Shown here piece after piece: positions 35,028-44,367 of a DNA stretch of 64,000 nucleotides. Origin of the DNA: an uncultured Actinomycetota bacterium (GTDB lineage Bacteria > Actinomycetota > Actinomycetes > Propionibacteriales > Nocardioidaceae); assembly GCA_963822495.1 (NCBI GenBank), contig CAWGHQ010000005.1, forward strand, positions 47,918 to 111,917, in the 5' to 3' direction. Each line of letters starts with the position of its first letter. Within the stretch, counting starts at the first letter, position 1. A program made the translations under genes and the position numbers. Under the pieces are notes generated by a model. That model was not told the origin of the DNA. It made no database searches and saw nothing but the letters and a program-made list of their open reading frames with translations.

Positions 35028-35740
35028 CGCGGCGCCCGACCGGTCGCCTCGTCCAGGAGCCGGCGCCAGGACCGCACGTAGCCGGCGTCGACGTAGGAGC
35101 GGTAGGTCGACCCCGGGCGCACCTGCACCCCGAGGTGCACCTGTCGCACCCCCGCCCGCACGAACCACGGCACGTGCTCGGCGGCCAGCCCACCGGCCGG
35201 CATCAGCAGCCGGGCGACGTCGGGCGAGCGCCGCGCCAGCCCCAGCAGGTCGTCGAAGCCCTGTTCGAGGCCCTGCGGGGAGCCCCCCGAGCGGACCGCG
35301 GTCAACCCCGGCAGGTCGACCACGCGGCCCCACGAGCGCAGCGGGTCCAGCGCCGAGTCCAGCGCACGGTTGAAGGTCCACGCGACGCCGGGGAGGGCGT
35401 CGAGGACCCGGCGACAGGCGGCGACGTCGACCTCCAGGTCGGCGTCGAGGAAACCGAGCACGACTCCTTCGGCGCCCAGCGCGAGGTACTCCTGGCCCCA
35501 GGCCACCAGCCGGTCGAGGTCCTCGTCGCTCGCGGCGTAGGTCGCCGCGGTGCGCAGCACCACGCGAACCGGCACCTCGCTGGCCCGGATCACCGCCGAG
35601 GCAGCCGCCGGCTCCGGGGAGTGGCCGGCGACGTCGCCCGGCACGACGAGCGAGAGCCGGTCGGCCCCGCCCTCGACCGCGCCCCGGACGTCGCGCTGGT
35701 GCAGCACCGTCACCTCGAGCAGCGCGCGTCCAGGCTCCAT
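35024..35740 (-). CDS. cutC: Copper homeostasis protein CutC family
   Basis: LLEV, GGADRL, GAEGVVLGFL, WTFNRALD TIM-barrel pattern. Confidence 0.8.
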   Translation of the reverse strand: MEPGRALLEVTVLHQRDVRGAVEGGADRLSLVVPGDVAGHSPEPAAASAVIRASEVPVRVVLRTAATYAASDEDLDRLVAWGQEYLALGAEGVVLGFLDADLEVDVAACRRVLDALPGVAWTFNRALDSALDPLRSWGRVVDLPGLTAVRSGGSPQGLEQGFDDLLGLARRSPDVARLLMPAGGLAAEHVPWFVRAGVRQVHLGVQVRPGSTYRSYVDAGYVRSWRRLLDEATGRAPR

Positions 35741-35797
35741 GGCGCAGACTCTAGGGCCGTGACCGGCCGGACTTGGCGCGGCGAGGAGACTGGAGCC

Positions 35798-36151
35798 ATG
35801 GACGTCGCCCTCATCCTGGCTGCCCGAGCCCAGGTCCTCGCCGACCTGGACGCGCGACGCGAGGCCACCGCGGACGCGGTCTCCGCCCTCGAGGAGGCGT
35901 GCTCCTCGCGCACCTGGTGGGCCGAGCAGTGGCCGGCCGGCGAGGTCTACGTCGCGGGCCTGGTCGCCCAGGACGTGCAGGACGCGCTCCTCGAGACCGT
36001 CGGACGCTGGCCGTTGTGCCTGGGTTGCGACCTCGACGAGCTCCCGCAGCACGCGCTCTACATCCAGCCCGACCTCGGCGGCCCGGACCCGCACTGGGTC
36101 TGCGAGGAGACCGGTCAGGTCGCCGCCGCCCTGGGCTCCCTGGGCGCCTGA
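35798..36151 (+). CDS. Conserved hypothetical protein
   Basis: RBS GGAG; WPAG..YVAGLVAQDVQDAL...RWPLC..C...H...WVC..G pattern. Confidence 0.75.
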   Translation: MDVALILAARAQVLADLDARREATADAVSALEEACSSRTWWAEQWPAGEVYVAGLVAQDVQDALLETVGRWPLCLGCDLDELPQHALYIQPDLGGPDPHWVCEETGQVAAALGSLGA

Positions 36152-36160
36152 GGCGCGCGA

Positions 36161-36244
36161 CGGCCGCCATCTCGGCACGCACCGAGCGCCACCTCGACAC
36201 GCGCCGAGCGCCATCTCGGCACGCGCCGAGCGCCATCTCGCGGG
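36161..36244 (-). repeat. 22-bp array (x ~3.6) of the same family
   Basis: cgagcgccayctcgrcacgcgc units; abuts the GntR TGA. Confidence 0.85.
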
Positions 36245-36955
36245 TCAGTCGCCGAGCTGGACCCAGAGGGTGAAGCGGTCGGCACGGTAGACGCTGCGAG
36301 AGACCTCGACGACCTTGTCGCCGGTCATCGCCCGACGGGAGTGACGCAGCACGGCGCCGCCCGGCGCGAGCTCGAGGAGACGCTGCTCCTCGGGGCTGGC
36401 GACGTCGGCGGTGATCGAGTCCTCGGCCCAGTCGGGCCGCAGGCCGCGGGCGGCGAGGTCGTCGTAGAGGCTGGTGGGCATCCCGCTCTGCAGGAAGCCG
36501 GGGAGCAGGACCTCGTTGAGGTAGGCGTCCTCGACGCAGACCGGCGTGCCGTCGCCACGGCGCAGGCGGCGCCAGTGCAGGACGGCGTCGCCCTCGGTCA
36601 GGCTGAGGGCACGGGCCACCCCGGGCCCGGCCTGCTCGCGGCGGGCCAGCAGGGTCTGCGACTCGGCGAGCTGACCGCGCCGCTTGAGCTCCTCGGTGAA
36701 GCCGGTGATCCGACCGTGGGAGCGCGTCGGGCTGGCCACGAACGTGCCCCGTCCGGGGATGCGCTCGAGGAGGCCTTCGCTGACCAGCGTGTCGAGGGCC
36801 TGACGAACCGTCATCCGGGCCACCCCGAACATCTGCACGAGCTCGCGCTCGGAGGGGGCGGCGGTGCCGGGGGCAGCCCCGAAGACCAGGTCACGGACGT
36901 ACTCGCGCACCTGCACGTGCTTCAGCGTCCGGCGCTCGGTCAGGGTCTCGCTCAC
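36245..36955 (-). CDS. GntR/HutC family transcriptional regulator (UTRA domain)
   Basis: PSERELVQMFGVARMTVRQAL...GRGTFV plus C-terminal UTRA domain. Confidence 0.92.
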   Translation of the reverse strand: MSETLTERRTLKHVQVREYVRDLVFGAAPGTAAPSERELVQMFGVARMTVRQALDTLVSEGLLERIPGRGTFVASPTRSHGRITGFTEELKRRGQLAESQTLLARREQAGPGVARALSLTEGDAVLHWRRLRRGDGTPVCVEDAYLNEVLLPGFLQSGMPTSLYDDLAARGLRPDWAEDSITADVASPEEQRLLELAPGGAVLRHSRRAMTGDKVVEVSRSVYRADRFTLWVQLGD

Positions 36956-37105
36956 TCGCTCACCCTAGGCTCGCGGATGCCCGAGCGTCCTGCGATCGGC
37001 CAAGTTGGCCCGCGACGTGCTCGCCAGGTGACGGTCCGATAACTCCTGGGCGTGCAACGGCCTCAGGTGGGGCGTCGGGCTCGCCGGAGCCCTAGGTTCA
37101 CGAGC

Positions 37106-37531
37106 ATGCACGTCGAACGCACCTTCTCCGTCCCCCGTTCGGTCGACGAGGCCTTCACCTACCTCGCGGACTTCACCCACGCCGCGGAGTGGGACCCGGG
37201 GACCGTCGCGTGCACCCGTACCGGCGGCGACGGGGGGGTCGGCACCACCTATGCCAACACCTCGGAGTTCATGGGCCGCCGGGTCGAGCTGACCTACGAG
37301 ACGATCACCCACCAGCCGCCGAGCCGGCTCCAGCTGCGCGGACGCAACGGGCGCACCGTCGCCACCGACACGATGAGCTTCGCCGCCGCCGGCGCGAGCA
37401 CCTCGATCACCTACCGCGCCGACTTCGAGTTCCCCTTCCCGGTCAGCGTGCTGGCGCCGTTGGTGGTGCGACGCAAGCTCGAGAAGCTCGCCGACGACAC
37501 CGTCGCGCAGATCACCCGCAGCCTGACCTGA
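37106..37531 (+). CDS. SRPBCC family protein
   Basis: FTYLADFTHAAEWDPG, GVGTTY; TAGGTT lies 7 nt before the ATG. Confidence 0.85.
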   Translation: MHVERTFSVPRSVDEAFTYLADFTHAAEWDPGTVACTRTGGDGGVGTTYANTSEFMGRRVELTYETITHQPPSRLQLRGRNGRTVATDTMSFAAAGASTSITYRADFEFPFPVSVLAPLVVRRKLEKLADDTVAQITRSLT

Positions 37532-37563
37532 GCGCGGCGCGCCGCACCCGACCGGTCGGTCGG

Positions 37564-37579
37564 TCGAACGAATGTTCGA
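37564..37579. promoter_or_regulatory. LexA (SOS) box
   Basis: TCGAAC-GAAT-GTTCGA matches the actinobacterial TCGAAC-N4-GTTCGA consensus; 9 nt upstream of a TACACT -10. Confidence 0.85.
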
Positions 37580-37600
37580 TCCCCGGGGTACACTGAGGCC

Positions 37601-38238
37601 ATGGACTTCCAGGCCACGCTGTTCGCCGACGAGGCAGCCCCGGACCATCCACCGAGCGGCGGGGAGCGCCTCGCGCTGGACGCCTCGAGCGGGTGCCGCT
37701 CAGTCGCGGCGCCTGGGTCGACGTGTGCCGCGGCTGGCTGCCCGAGGCCGACGACGTCCTCGCCCGCCTGGTCGCCGACGTCCCCTGGCGGGCCGAGCGG
37801 CGCCAGATGTACGACCGGCTGGTCGAGGTGCCCCGATTGCTGCACACCTACATGGTCGGCGAGGACCTGCCGCACCCGACCCTGACCGAGGCCCGTGACG
37901 CCCTCAGCGCCCACTACGCCGACGAGCTCGGTGAGGCCTTCCGCACCGCCGGCTGCTGCTACTACCGCGACGGCCGCGACTCGGTGGCCTGGCACGGGGA
38001 CACCATCGGTCGCGGCAGCACCCACGACACGATGGTCGCGATCGTCTCGGTCGGCGACCCGCGTCGCCTCACCCTGCGTCCGCGGGGCGGCGGGGAGACG
38101 CGGACGGTCACCATGGGACACGGCGACCTGGTCGTGATGGGCGGATCCTGCCAGCGCACCTGGGAGCACGCCGTCCCCAAGACAGCCGGCGCCGGGCCGC
38201 GGGTCTCCGTCCAGTTCCGTCCTCTCAACGTCTTCTGA
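37601..38238 (+). CDS. AlkB-family 2OG-Fe(II) dioxygenase (ALKBH2/3-like) with -1 frameshift near 37684
   Basis: MDFQATLF... joins LERVPLSRGAWVD; YRDGRDSVAWHGD, HGDLVVMGGSCQRTWEHAVPK, RVSVQFR. Confidence 0.85.
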
Positions 38239-38711
38239 TCAGGCGCGGTGCGTCGCGTGCCGGCCCTCGCAGACGAAGGCGAGACGGCGCAGCGTCTCGG
38301 CGTTGCGCCAGGCCAGGTGCGGGTCGCGCGCGGACCTCAGCCGGCACCGACCCGATCCAGGTGCGACGTCCTCGCGCACGGTGACCTCGGTGCTCGCGCC
38401 CGCCGGCCGCAGCGTGATCTCGACCTCGACCCGACCCCGACCCCGACCTCGGCCGCACCGCCGGCCCGGGTCCGGGCCAGCAGGACCAGCCGTCGCCCAG
38501 GATCGACGGCGAGGACCGAGGTCTGGTCCTCGCGCGGAACGGGCTGCGACCCGAGGCAGTGGTGCAGGCGTGCGCCCAGCTGCGGCCACGTCCGATCGAC
38601 CTTGTGGACCTCCGCCAGCCCGACCACGAACAGCGGGCAGAGCCAGCCGTCGGACAGGACCGCCCAGACCTCCTCCGCCGGGACCTGGATGGTCGCGGTG
38701 CTCGTGCTCAT
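38239..38711 (-). pseudogene. SRPBCC/polyketide cyclase family protein, frameshifted at a CCGACC microrepeat (~38430-38448)
   Basis: VWAVLSDGW...WPQLGARLHH in one frame; VEITL...RNAETLRRLA in another. Confidence 0.7.
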
Positions 38712-38849
38712 CGGTCACCCGCCTCTCCTCGCCCGGACCGACGGTGGCCCGGGACCGTGGAGCATCCAGGTTCGGCGCTCCCCGCCGTCGTCCAGATAGC
38801 CCCTTGCGGGTGTAGGTCGGGTCCTCCCGGGTCGTCGAGGCTGGCGATC

Positions 38850-39350
38850 ATGTCCACCGACGCGATCGTCCTGCTCAAGAGCGACCACCAGCAGATCCGG
38901 AAGGTCTTCCGCGACTTCCAGGGCGCGGGCCCCGACGCCCACGCGCGCAAGGGACAGCTCGTCACCCGGATGATCGAGCTGCTCACCGTGCACACGTACC
39001 TCGAGAACGAGATCATGTACCCCCGGGTCCGCGAGCTCCTGCCCGAGCTCGAGGCCGACGTCCTCGAGTCCTACGAGGAGCACCACGTCGCCGACCTCCT
39101 CGTCATGGAGCTGTTCGCCATGTTGCCCGACGCCGAACGCTTCGACGCCAAGACCACCGTGCTCATCGAGAACGTGACCCACCACATCGAGGAGGAGGAG
39201 CAGGAGTGGTTCCCGAAGGTCCGCCAGGGCCTGGGCCGCAAGGTGCTCCAGGAGATCGGCGAGGCGATGCTCGAGGCGAAGAAGTCGGCCCCGACCAGCC
39301 CGGCCCAGCCGAGCGCGCTGAAGAAGACCATCGACGCCGTGATCTCCTAG
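38850..39350 (+). CDS. Hemerythrin domain-containing protein
   Basis: LKSDH, HTYLENEIMYP, EEHH, HHIEEEEQEWFP. Confidence 0.9.
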   Translation: MSTDAIVLLKSDHQQIRKVFRDFQGAGPDAHARKGQLVTRMIELLTVHTYLENEIMYPRVRELLPELEADVLESYEEHHVADLLVMELFAMLPDAERFDAKTTVLIENVTHHIEEEEQEWFPKVRQGLGRKVLQEIGEAMLEAKKSAPTSPAQPSALKKTIDAVIS

Positions 39351-39509
39351 CTTCCTCGGCCGACCTCCGGCTGATCCGGGGCCGAGCGAGCACGTCACGA
39401 CCCGATTGCCGCCGCCCGAGTCCTGCCGTAACGTGCTGAGGGACGTTCACCGTGCTTCCCCAGACCCCGCCGGCGCCTGAAGTGATCCCGCGCCCCTGGG
39501 TGAGGTCTG

Positions 39510-40163
39510 ATGCCACCATCGCCACGCCCGGGTGCACGCCGGGTCCGCAGGACGAGTCGCTCGAGACCGCTGGGCGGGCTGCGGAGACCGGCGCCCCGAC
39601 AGGCACGGTCCGACCACCAGGTCGACGAGTCGGCGTTGCTGGCGCTCGCGGGGACCGGCGACCGCGAGTCCTTCGCCCTCCTGTACGACGCCACGGTGGC
39701 CCGGGCGTTCGGGACGGCCCTGCGCATCCTCCCGGACGTCGCCCAGACCGAGGAGGTCGTCCAGGAGGCCTACCTCCAGCTCTGGCGTTCAGCGGGGCGG
39801 TTCGACCCACACCAGGGGACGGCGATGTCGTGGATCCTCACGATCGTCCACCGTCACGCCGTGGGCCGCGCCCGTGCCGTCCAGAACCGTGCCACGCGAG
39901 ACGTCGGGCCGCCGTGTCCCGTGCGGGCGACCGACGGCTCCGGCCAGCCTGTCTCCGCGCTGGAGGGCCGGCACGCCGCCGATCCGGTGCACCGCGCCCT
40001 GGCGACCCTGACGCCGACGCAGCGCGACACCATCGAGCTCGGCTACTTCGGTGCCTGCACCCGGGCCGAGGTCGCTGAGCGACTCGACCTCCCTCTCTCG
40101 ACGGTCACCTCCGGGATCCGGAGCGGTCTGTACGAGCTGGGCAGGCGGTCCGACCGCCGGTAG
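39510..40163 (+). CDS. ECF RNA polymerase sigma factor (SigK-like, divergent)
   Basis: GDRESFALLYD, EEVVQEAYLQLWRSAGRFDP, EVAERLDLPLSTV. Confidence 0.78.
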   Translation: MPPSPRPGARRVRRTSRSRPLGGLRRPAPRQARSDHQVDESALLALAGTGDRESFALLYDATVARAFGTALRILPDVAQTEEVVQEAYLQLWRSAGRFDPHQGTAMSWILTIVHRHAVGRARAVQNRATRDVGPPCPVRATDGSGQPVSALEGRHAADPVHRALATLTPTQRDTIELGYFGACTRAEVAERLDLPLSTVTSGIRSGLYELGRRSDRR

Positions 40164-40289
40164 CCGGGGTGGGTGAACGCGGCCCGGCGGGTACCGGCGG
40201 GGCTGGTCGTGCCACCGATCCAGCCATGGCCGAGCGCACTTGCAGACCGTCGTGGAACACCGCAGGGCGCGGCGGCGTTGGGGTCGGGT

Positions 40290-41726
40290 ATGAACGCAAC
40301 CGCCACCATCGGACTGACCGGCCTGGCCGTCATGGGTCGCAACCTGGCCCGCAACATCGCTCGGCAGGGCCACACCATCGCGGTCCACAACCGCACCACC
40401 GAGAAGATGACCAGCCTGGTCGAGGAGTTCGGCGACGAGGGTGACTTCGTGCCGACCGAGAGTCTCGAGGAGTTCGTGGCCGCGATCGAGCGGCCTCGGG
40501 CGATCATCATCATGGTCAAGGCCGGGGCGGGAACCGACGCCGTCATCGACGACCTGGTGCCCCTCCTCGACCCCGACGACATCGTGGTCGACGCCGGCAA
40601 CGCCCACGTCGACGACACGCTGCGCCGTCAGGAGGCCCTGGCCGCGAAGGACCTCCACTTCGTCGGCATGGGCGTCTCGGGCGGCGAGGAGGGCGCCCTC
40701 AACGGGCCCTCGATCATGCCGGGCGGCTCCGAGCACGCCTACGAGCGGCTCGCCCCTGTTCTGGAGTCGATCGCCGCCGTGGTCGACGGCACCCCCTGCA
40801 CCACCCACGTCGGTCCGGACGCGGCCGGGCACTTCGTCAAGATGGTCCACAACGGCATCGAGTACGCCGACATGCAGCTGATCGCCGAGTCCTACGACCT
40901 GCTGCGCACGCTGCTCGGCCTCGAGCCGGACGCCATCGCCGAGATCTTCCGCGAGTGGAACGGGGGCGACCTGGAGTCGTTCCTCATCGAGATCACCGCC
41001 GACGTGCTCGCCCACACCGACGCGGAGACCGGCCGGCCCTTCATCGACGTCGTCCGCGACGCCGCCGAGCAGAAGGGCACGGGCCGTTGGACGGTCCAGA
41101 GCGCCCTCGACCTCGGCGTCCCGGTCACCGGGATCGCCGAGGCCACCTTCGCGCGCAGCATCTCCGGGCACACCGAGCAGCGCTCGGCCGCCGCGACGAC
41201 CTTCGGCTCCGCGGTGCACGACGTCGAGATCGACCGCGACGCCTTCGTCGACAAGGTCCGCGCCGCCCTCTACGCCTCCAAGGTGGTCGCCTACGCCCAG
41301 GGCTTCGACCAGATGAGGGCCGGCAGCGACGAGCACGGCTGGGACGTCGACCTGGGCAAGATGGCCACGATCTGGCGTGGAGGCTGCATCATCCGCGCGC
41401 AGTTCCTCAACCGGATCGTCGAGGCCTACGCCGAGAACGCCGACCTGCCGAGCCTGCTGGTCGACCCCTACTTCGCCGACGCGGTGAGCGAGGGCCTCGA
41501 CGCCTGGCGCGACGTCGTGGCCACCGCCGCCCGGGCCGGCGTGCCGACACCGGCCTTCGCCTCGTCCTTGAGCTACTTCGACGCCCTGCGCCGCGACCGG
41601 CTGCCGGCGGCGTTGATCCAGGGCCTGCGCGACAACTTCGGCGCCCACACCTACGAGCGCACCGACCGCGAGGGCACCTTCCACACCCTCTGGGCCGGCG
41701 ACCTGTCCGAGGAGGACCAGTCATGA
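40290..41726 (+). CDS. gndA: NADP-dependent 6-phosphogluconate dehydrogenase
   Basis: IGLTGLAVMGRNLA, GVSGGEEGA, KMVHNGIEY, QKGTGRWT, RDNFGAHTY. Confidence 0.97.
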   Translation: MNATATIGLTGLAVMGRNLARNIARQGHTIAVHNRTTEKMTSLVEEFGDEGDFVPTESLEEFVAAIERPRAIIIMVKAGAGTDAVIDDLVPLLDPDDIVVDAGNAHVDDTLRRQEALAAKDLHFVGMGVSGGEEGALNGPSIMPGGSEHAYERLAPVLESIAAVVDGTPCTTHVGPDAAGHFVKMVHNGIEYADMQLIAESYDLLRTLLGLEPDAIAEIFREWNGGDLESFLIEITADVLAHTDAETGRPFIDVVRDAAEQKGTGRWTVQSALDLGVPVTGIAEATFARSISGHTEQRSAAATTFGSAVHDVEIDRDAFVDKVRAALYASKVVAYAQGFDQMRAGSDEHGWDVDLGKMATIWRGGCIIRAQFLNRIVEAYAENADLPSLLVDPYFADAVSEGLDAWRDVVATAARAGVPTPAFASSLSYFDALRRDRLPAALIQGLRDNFGAHTYERTDREGTFHTLWAGDLSEEDQS

Positions 41727-42604
41727 CCAGCACCACCCACGACACCGAGAACCTCGCCGCGGCCAGCGGCACCTTCCGCATCGGCGGCGACCTGCCCGTC
41801 GTGCGGCTCGGCTACGGCACGATGCAGCTGACCGGCGAGGGCGTGTGGGGTCCCCCGCGCGACCACGACGCGGCGATGCGCGTGCTGCGCCGGGCCGTCG
41901 ACGTGGGCGTCACGTTCTTCGACACCGCCGACTCCTACGGCCCGAACGTCGCCGAGGAGCTGCTCGCCGAGGCTCTGCGCCCCTACGCGGACGACGTGGT
42001 CATCGCCACCAAGGCCGGGCTGACGCGCACCGGTCCGGGGCAGTGGGTCCCGGTCGGCCGACCGGCCTACCTGCGCCAGCAGTGCGAGCTGTCGCTGCGC
42101 CGTCTGGGCCTCGAGAGCATCGACCTCTTCCAGCTGCACCGGATCGACCCCGACGTGCCGCTGGAGGACCAGGTCGGCGAGCTTGCGCTGCTGCAGCAGG
42201 AGGGCAAGGTCCGCCACCTCGGTCTCTCGGAGGTGGACGCCGACGAGCTGAGCGCCGCCCAGGCCGTCACGCCGATCGCGACCGTGCAGAACCTCTTCAA
42301 CCTCGCGCACCGTGACGCGCAACCCGTCCTGGAGCGCTGCGAGGCCGACGGGATCGGGTTCATCCCCTGGTTCCCCCTGGCCACCGGCGAGCTGTCCGCC
42401 GACGACGGGGTCCTGGCCGACGCCGCCCGGGAGCACGACGCGACGCCCTCCCAGCTGGCCCTGGCCTGGCTCCTGCACCGCTCACCGGTGATGCTGCCGA
42501 TCCCGGGCACCTCCTCGGTCGAGCACCTGGAGTCGAACACCGCGGCCGCCTCGATCACCCTCAGCGACGACGAGTACGCCGCCCTCGACCAGCTGGGGGT
42601 CTGA
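41723..42604 (+). CDS. Aldo/keto reductase
   Basis: LGYGTMQL, FDTADSYG, IATKAG, IDLFQLHRID, PIPGTSS. Confidence 0.92.
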   Translation: MTSTTHDTENLAAASGTFRIGGDLPVVRLGYGTMQLTGEGVWGPPRDHDAAMRVLRRAVDVGVTFFDTADSYGPNVAEELLAEALRPYADDVVIATKAGLTRTGPGQWVPVGRPAYLRQQCELSLRRLGLESIDLFQLHRIDPDVPLEDQVGELALLQQEGKVRHLGLSEVDADELSAAQAVTPIATVQNLFNLAHRDAQPVLERCEADGIGFIPWFPLATGELSADDGVLADAAREHDATPSQLALAWLLHRSPVMLPIPGTSSVEHLESNTAAASITLSDDEYAALDQLGV

Positions 42605-42826
42605 GCACCCGTCCGCACGGAGGTCGAGGAGGAGGGCGACCCGCGCCCGACGTCTGATCCGAAAGCTGACCACTCCTGAGCCGGGGATGACTCAGTTGAC
42701 GCCTGTGTCGGCTTTCCGCAGCGCCTCGGAGTTCTGCACCCGTCCGAGCGCTTCTGCGGTGATGCAGCGGTGCAGAAGCGACAGTTTCACCGGTGAACCG
42801 GTGAACCGGCGGAGGTCGAGGCGGGC

Positions 42827-43507
42827 TCAGTTGCGCTTGATCAGCCAGACCAGGAGGGCGAGGACGGCGGCGGCAGCTGCTCCTTGCTTCCAGTAACCCT
42901 TGATCAGGATGGGGACCACGGCTGCGCCGAGGTCGAGCGCGTCGTCTCCGCCGGTCCCTGACGGCGTCGCAGCCGGGGCCGGGGCCGCAACCGGGGCGGC
43001 CGGAGCGGAGTCGAGGGGCGGGGAGGCAGCCGCCGCCGGCGCCGCGGTGGCCGCCGGCTCCGGATCACCCGAGAGCCGCTGCTCGAGGCACGCCACGAAC
43101 TGCCCGAGCAGCTTGTCCGAGACGTCCTGCATCACCCCGCGCCCGAACTGGGCCGGCTTGCCGGTGATGGCGAGGTCGGTGAGGACCTCGACCTCCGTCG
43201 AGCCGGCCGCGTCGGCCATCGACAACGTCACCTTCGCGCCGGCCGTGCCGTTGCCTCGCTTGTCCTTGCCCTTGGCGTCGACGACGAAGCGGTGCGCCTC
43301 GTCGTCCTTCTCCACGAAGGTGCCCGAGCCGTTGTAGACCAGTGCGATCGGTCCCAGCTTGACCTTGACCGAGCCCGAGAAGTTGGTCTCGTCGTAGTCA
43401 CCGATGGTCGCCCCCGGGAAGCACTCCGCCAGGGCCCCGAGGTCCTGGAAGTGCGACCAGGTCTCCTCGACGCCGGTGGGAACGGTGAACGTGTGGGACA
43501 GGTCCAT
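42827..43507 (-). CDS. CoxG-like SRPBCC protein with C-terminal membrane anchor
   Basis: AECFPGA, VKVKLGPI, TGKPAQFGRGVMQDV; Ala/Pro linker and hydrophobic tail. Confidence 0.9.
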   Translation of the reverse strand: MDLSHTFTVPTGVEETWSHFQDLGALAECFPGATIGDYDETNFSGSVKVKLGPIALVYNGSGTFVEKDDEAHRFVVDAKGKDKRGNGTAGAKVTLSMADAAGSTEVEVLTDLAITGKPAQFGRGVMQDVSDKLLGQFVACLEQRLSGDPEPAATAAPAAAASPPLDSAPAAPVAAPAPAATPSGTGGDDALDLGAAVVPILIKGYWKQGAAAAAVLALLVWLIKRN

Positions 43508-43512
43508 GGACC

Positions 43513-44367
43513 TCAGGCCCCGGCTGCGGCGAGCACCGCGCGGCGGGTGAGCACCGTGGCGAGGTGCTCGCGATAGTTCGCCTGGCCGTTGAGGTCGGAG
43601 GGCGCGTTGGTGCCCTCGACCGCCCGGGCCGCAGCGGCACGAACGGCGTCCTCGGTGGCCGCGACGCCCACCAGTGCCTCCTCGACCCCACGGGCGCGCA
43701 GCGGCGTCGAGCCCATGTTGGTCAGTCCGACGCGGGCCTCGGCGATCGTGCCGCCCTCGACGCGCACCGCCGCCGCGACCGCGACGATCGGCCACTGGTG
43801 GGCCACCCGCACGAACTTCTCGTAGCTGGCCCCCCACCCGGTGTACTTGGGCAGCCGGATCTCGGTGAGGATCTCGTCCTCCCCGATCGCAGTCTCGAAG
43901 AGGTCGACGAAGAAGTCGTCGGCCTCGACCGTGCGGGTGCCGCCCGGCCCGGCGATCACGAACTGCGCCCCGAGCGCCAGGGTCGGCGCCCCGAGGTCCC
44001 CGGCGGGGTCGGCGTGGGCCAGGGCCCCGCCGAAGGTGCCGCGGTGTCGGATCTGGGCGTCCGCCAGGTGCTCGACGGCCTTGTGGACCAGGGCGGCGTG
44101 CTCGGCCACCAGGGGGTCGGAGCCGACCACCGCGTGCGGGGTCATGGCTCCGATCACGATGGCGTCGCCGTCGTCGCGCACCCCCCGCAAGGCCTCGATC
44201 TTGCCGAGGTCGATGACCATCTCGGGCGCGTTGAGCCGCATCCGGAGCACCGGCAGCAGGCTCTGGCCGCCGGCCAGGATCTTGGCCTCGTCACCGTGCT
44301 CGGCGAGGGCCGCCAGTGCGGCCTCGACGGAGGTGGGGGCCACGTAGTCGAACGCTGTGGGGATCAT
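43513..44367 (-). CDS. Molybdo-flavoprotein FAD subunit (CoxM/CutM-like)
   Basis: [39 protein letters not shown]. Confidence 0.92.
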   Translation of the reverse strand: MIPTAFDYVAPTSVEAALAALAEHGDEAKILAGGQSLLPVLRMRLNAPEMVIDLGKIEALRGVRDDGDAIVIGAMTPHAVVGSDPLVAEHAALVHKAVEHLADAQIRHRGTFGGALAHADPAGDLGAPTLALGAQFVIAGPGGTRTVEADDFFVDLFETAIGEDEILTEIRLPKYTGWGASYEKFVRVAHQWPIVAVAAAVRVEGGTIAEARVGLTNMGSTPLRARGVEEALVGVAATEDAVRAAAARAVEGTNAPSDLNGQANYREHLATVLTRRAVLAAAGA

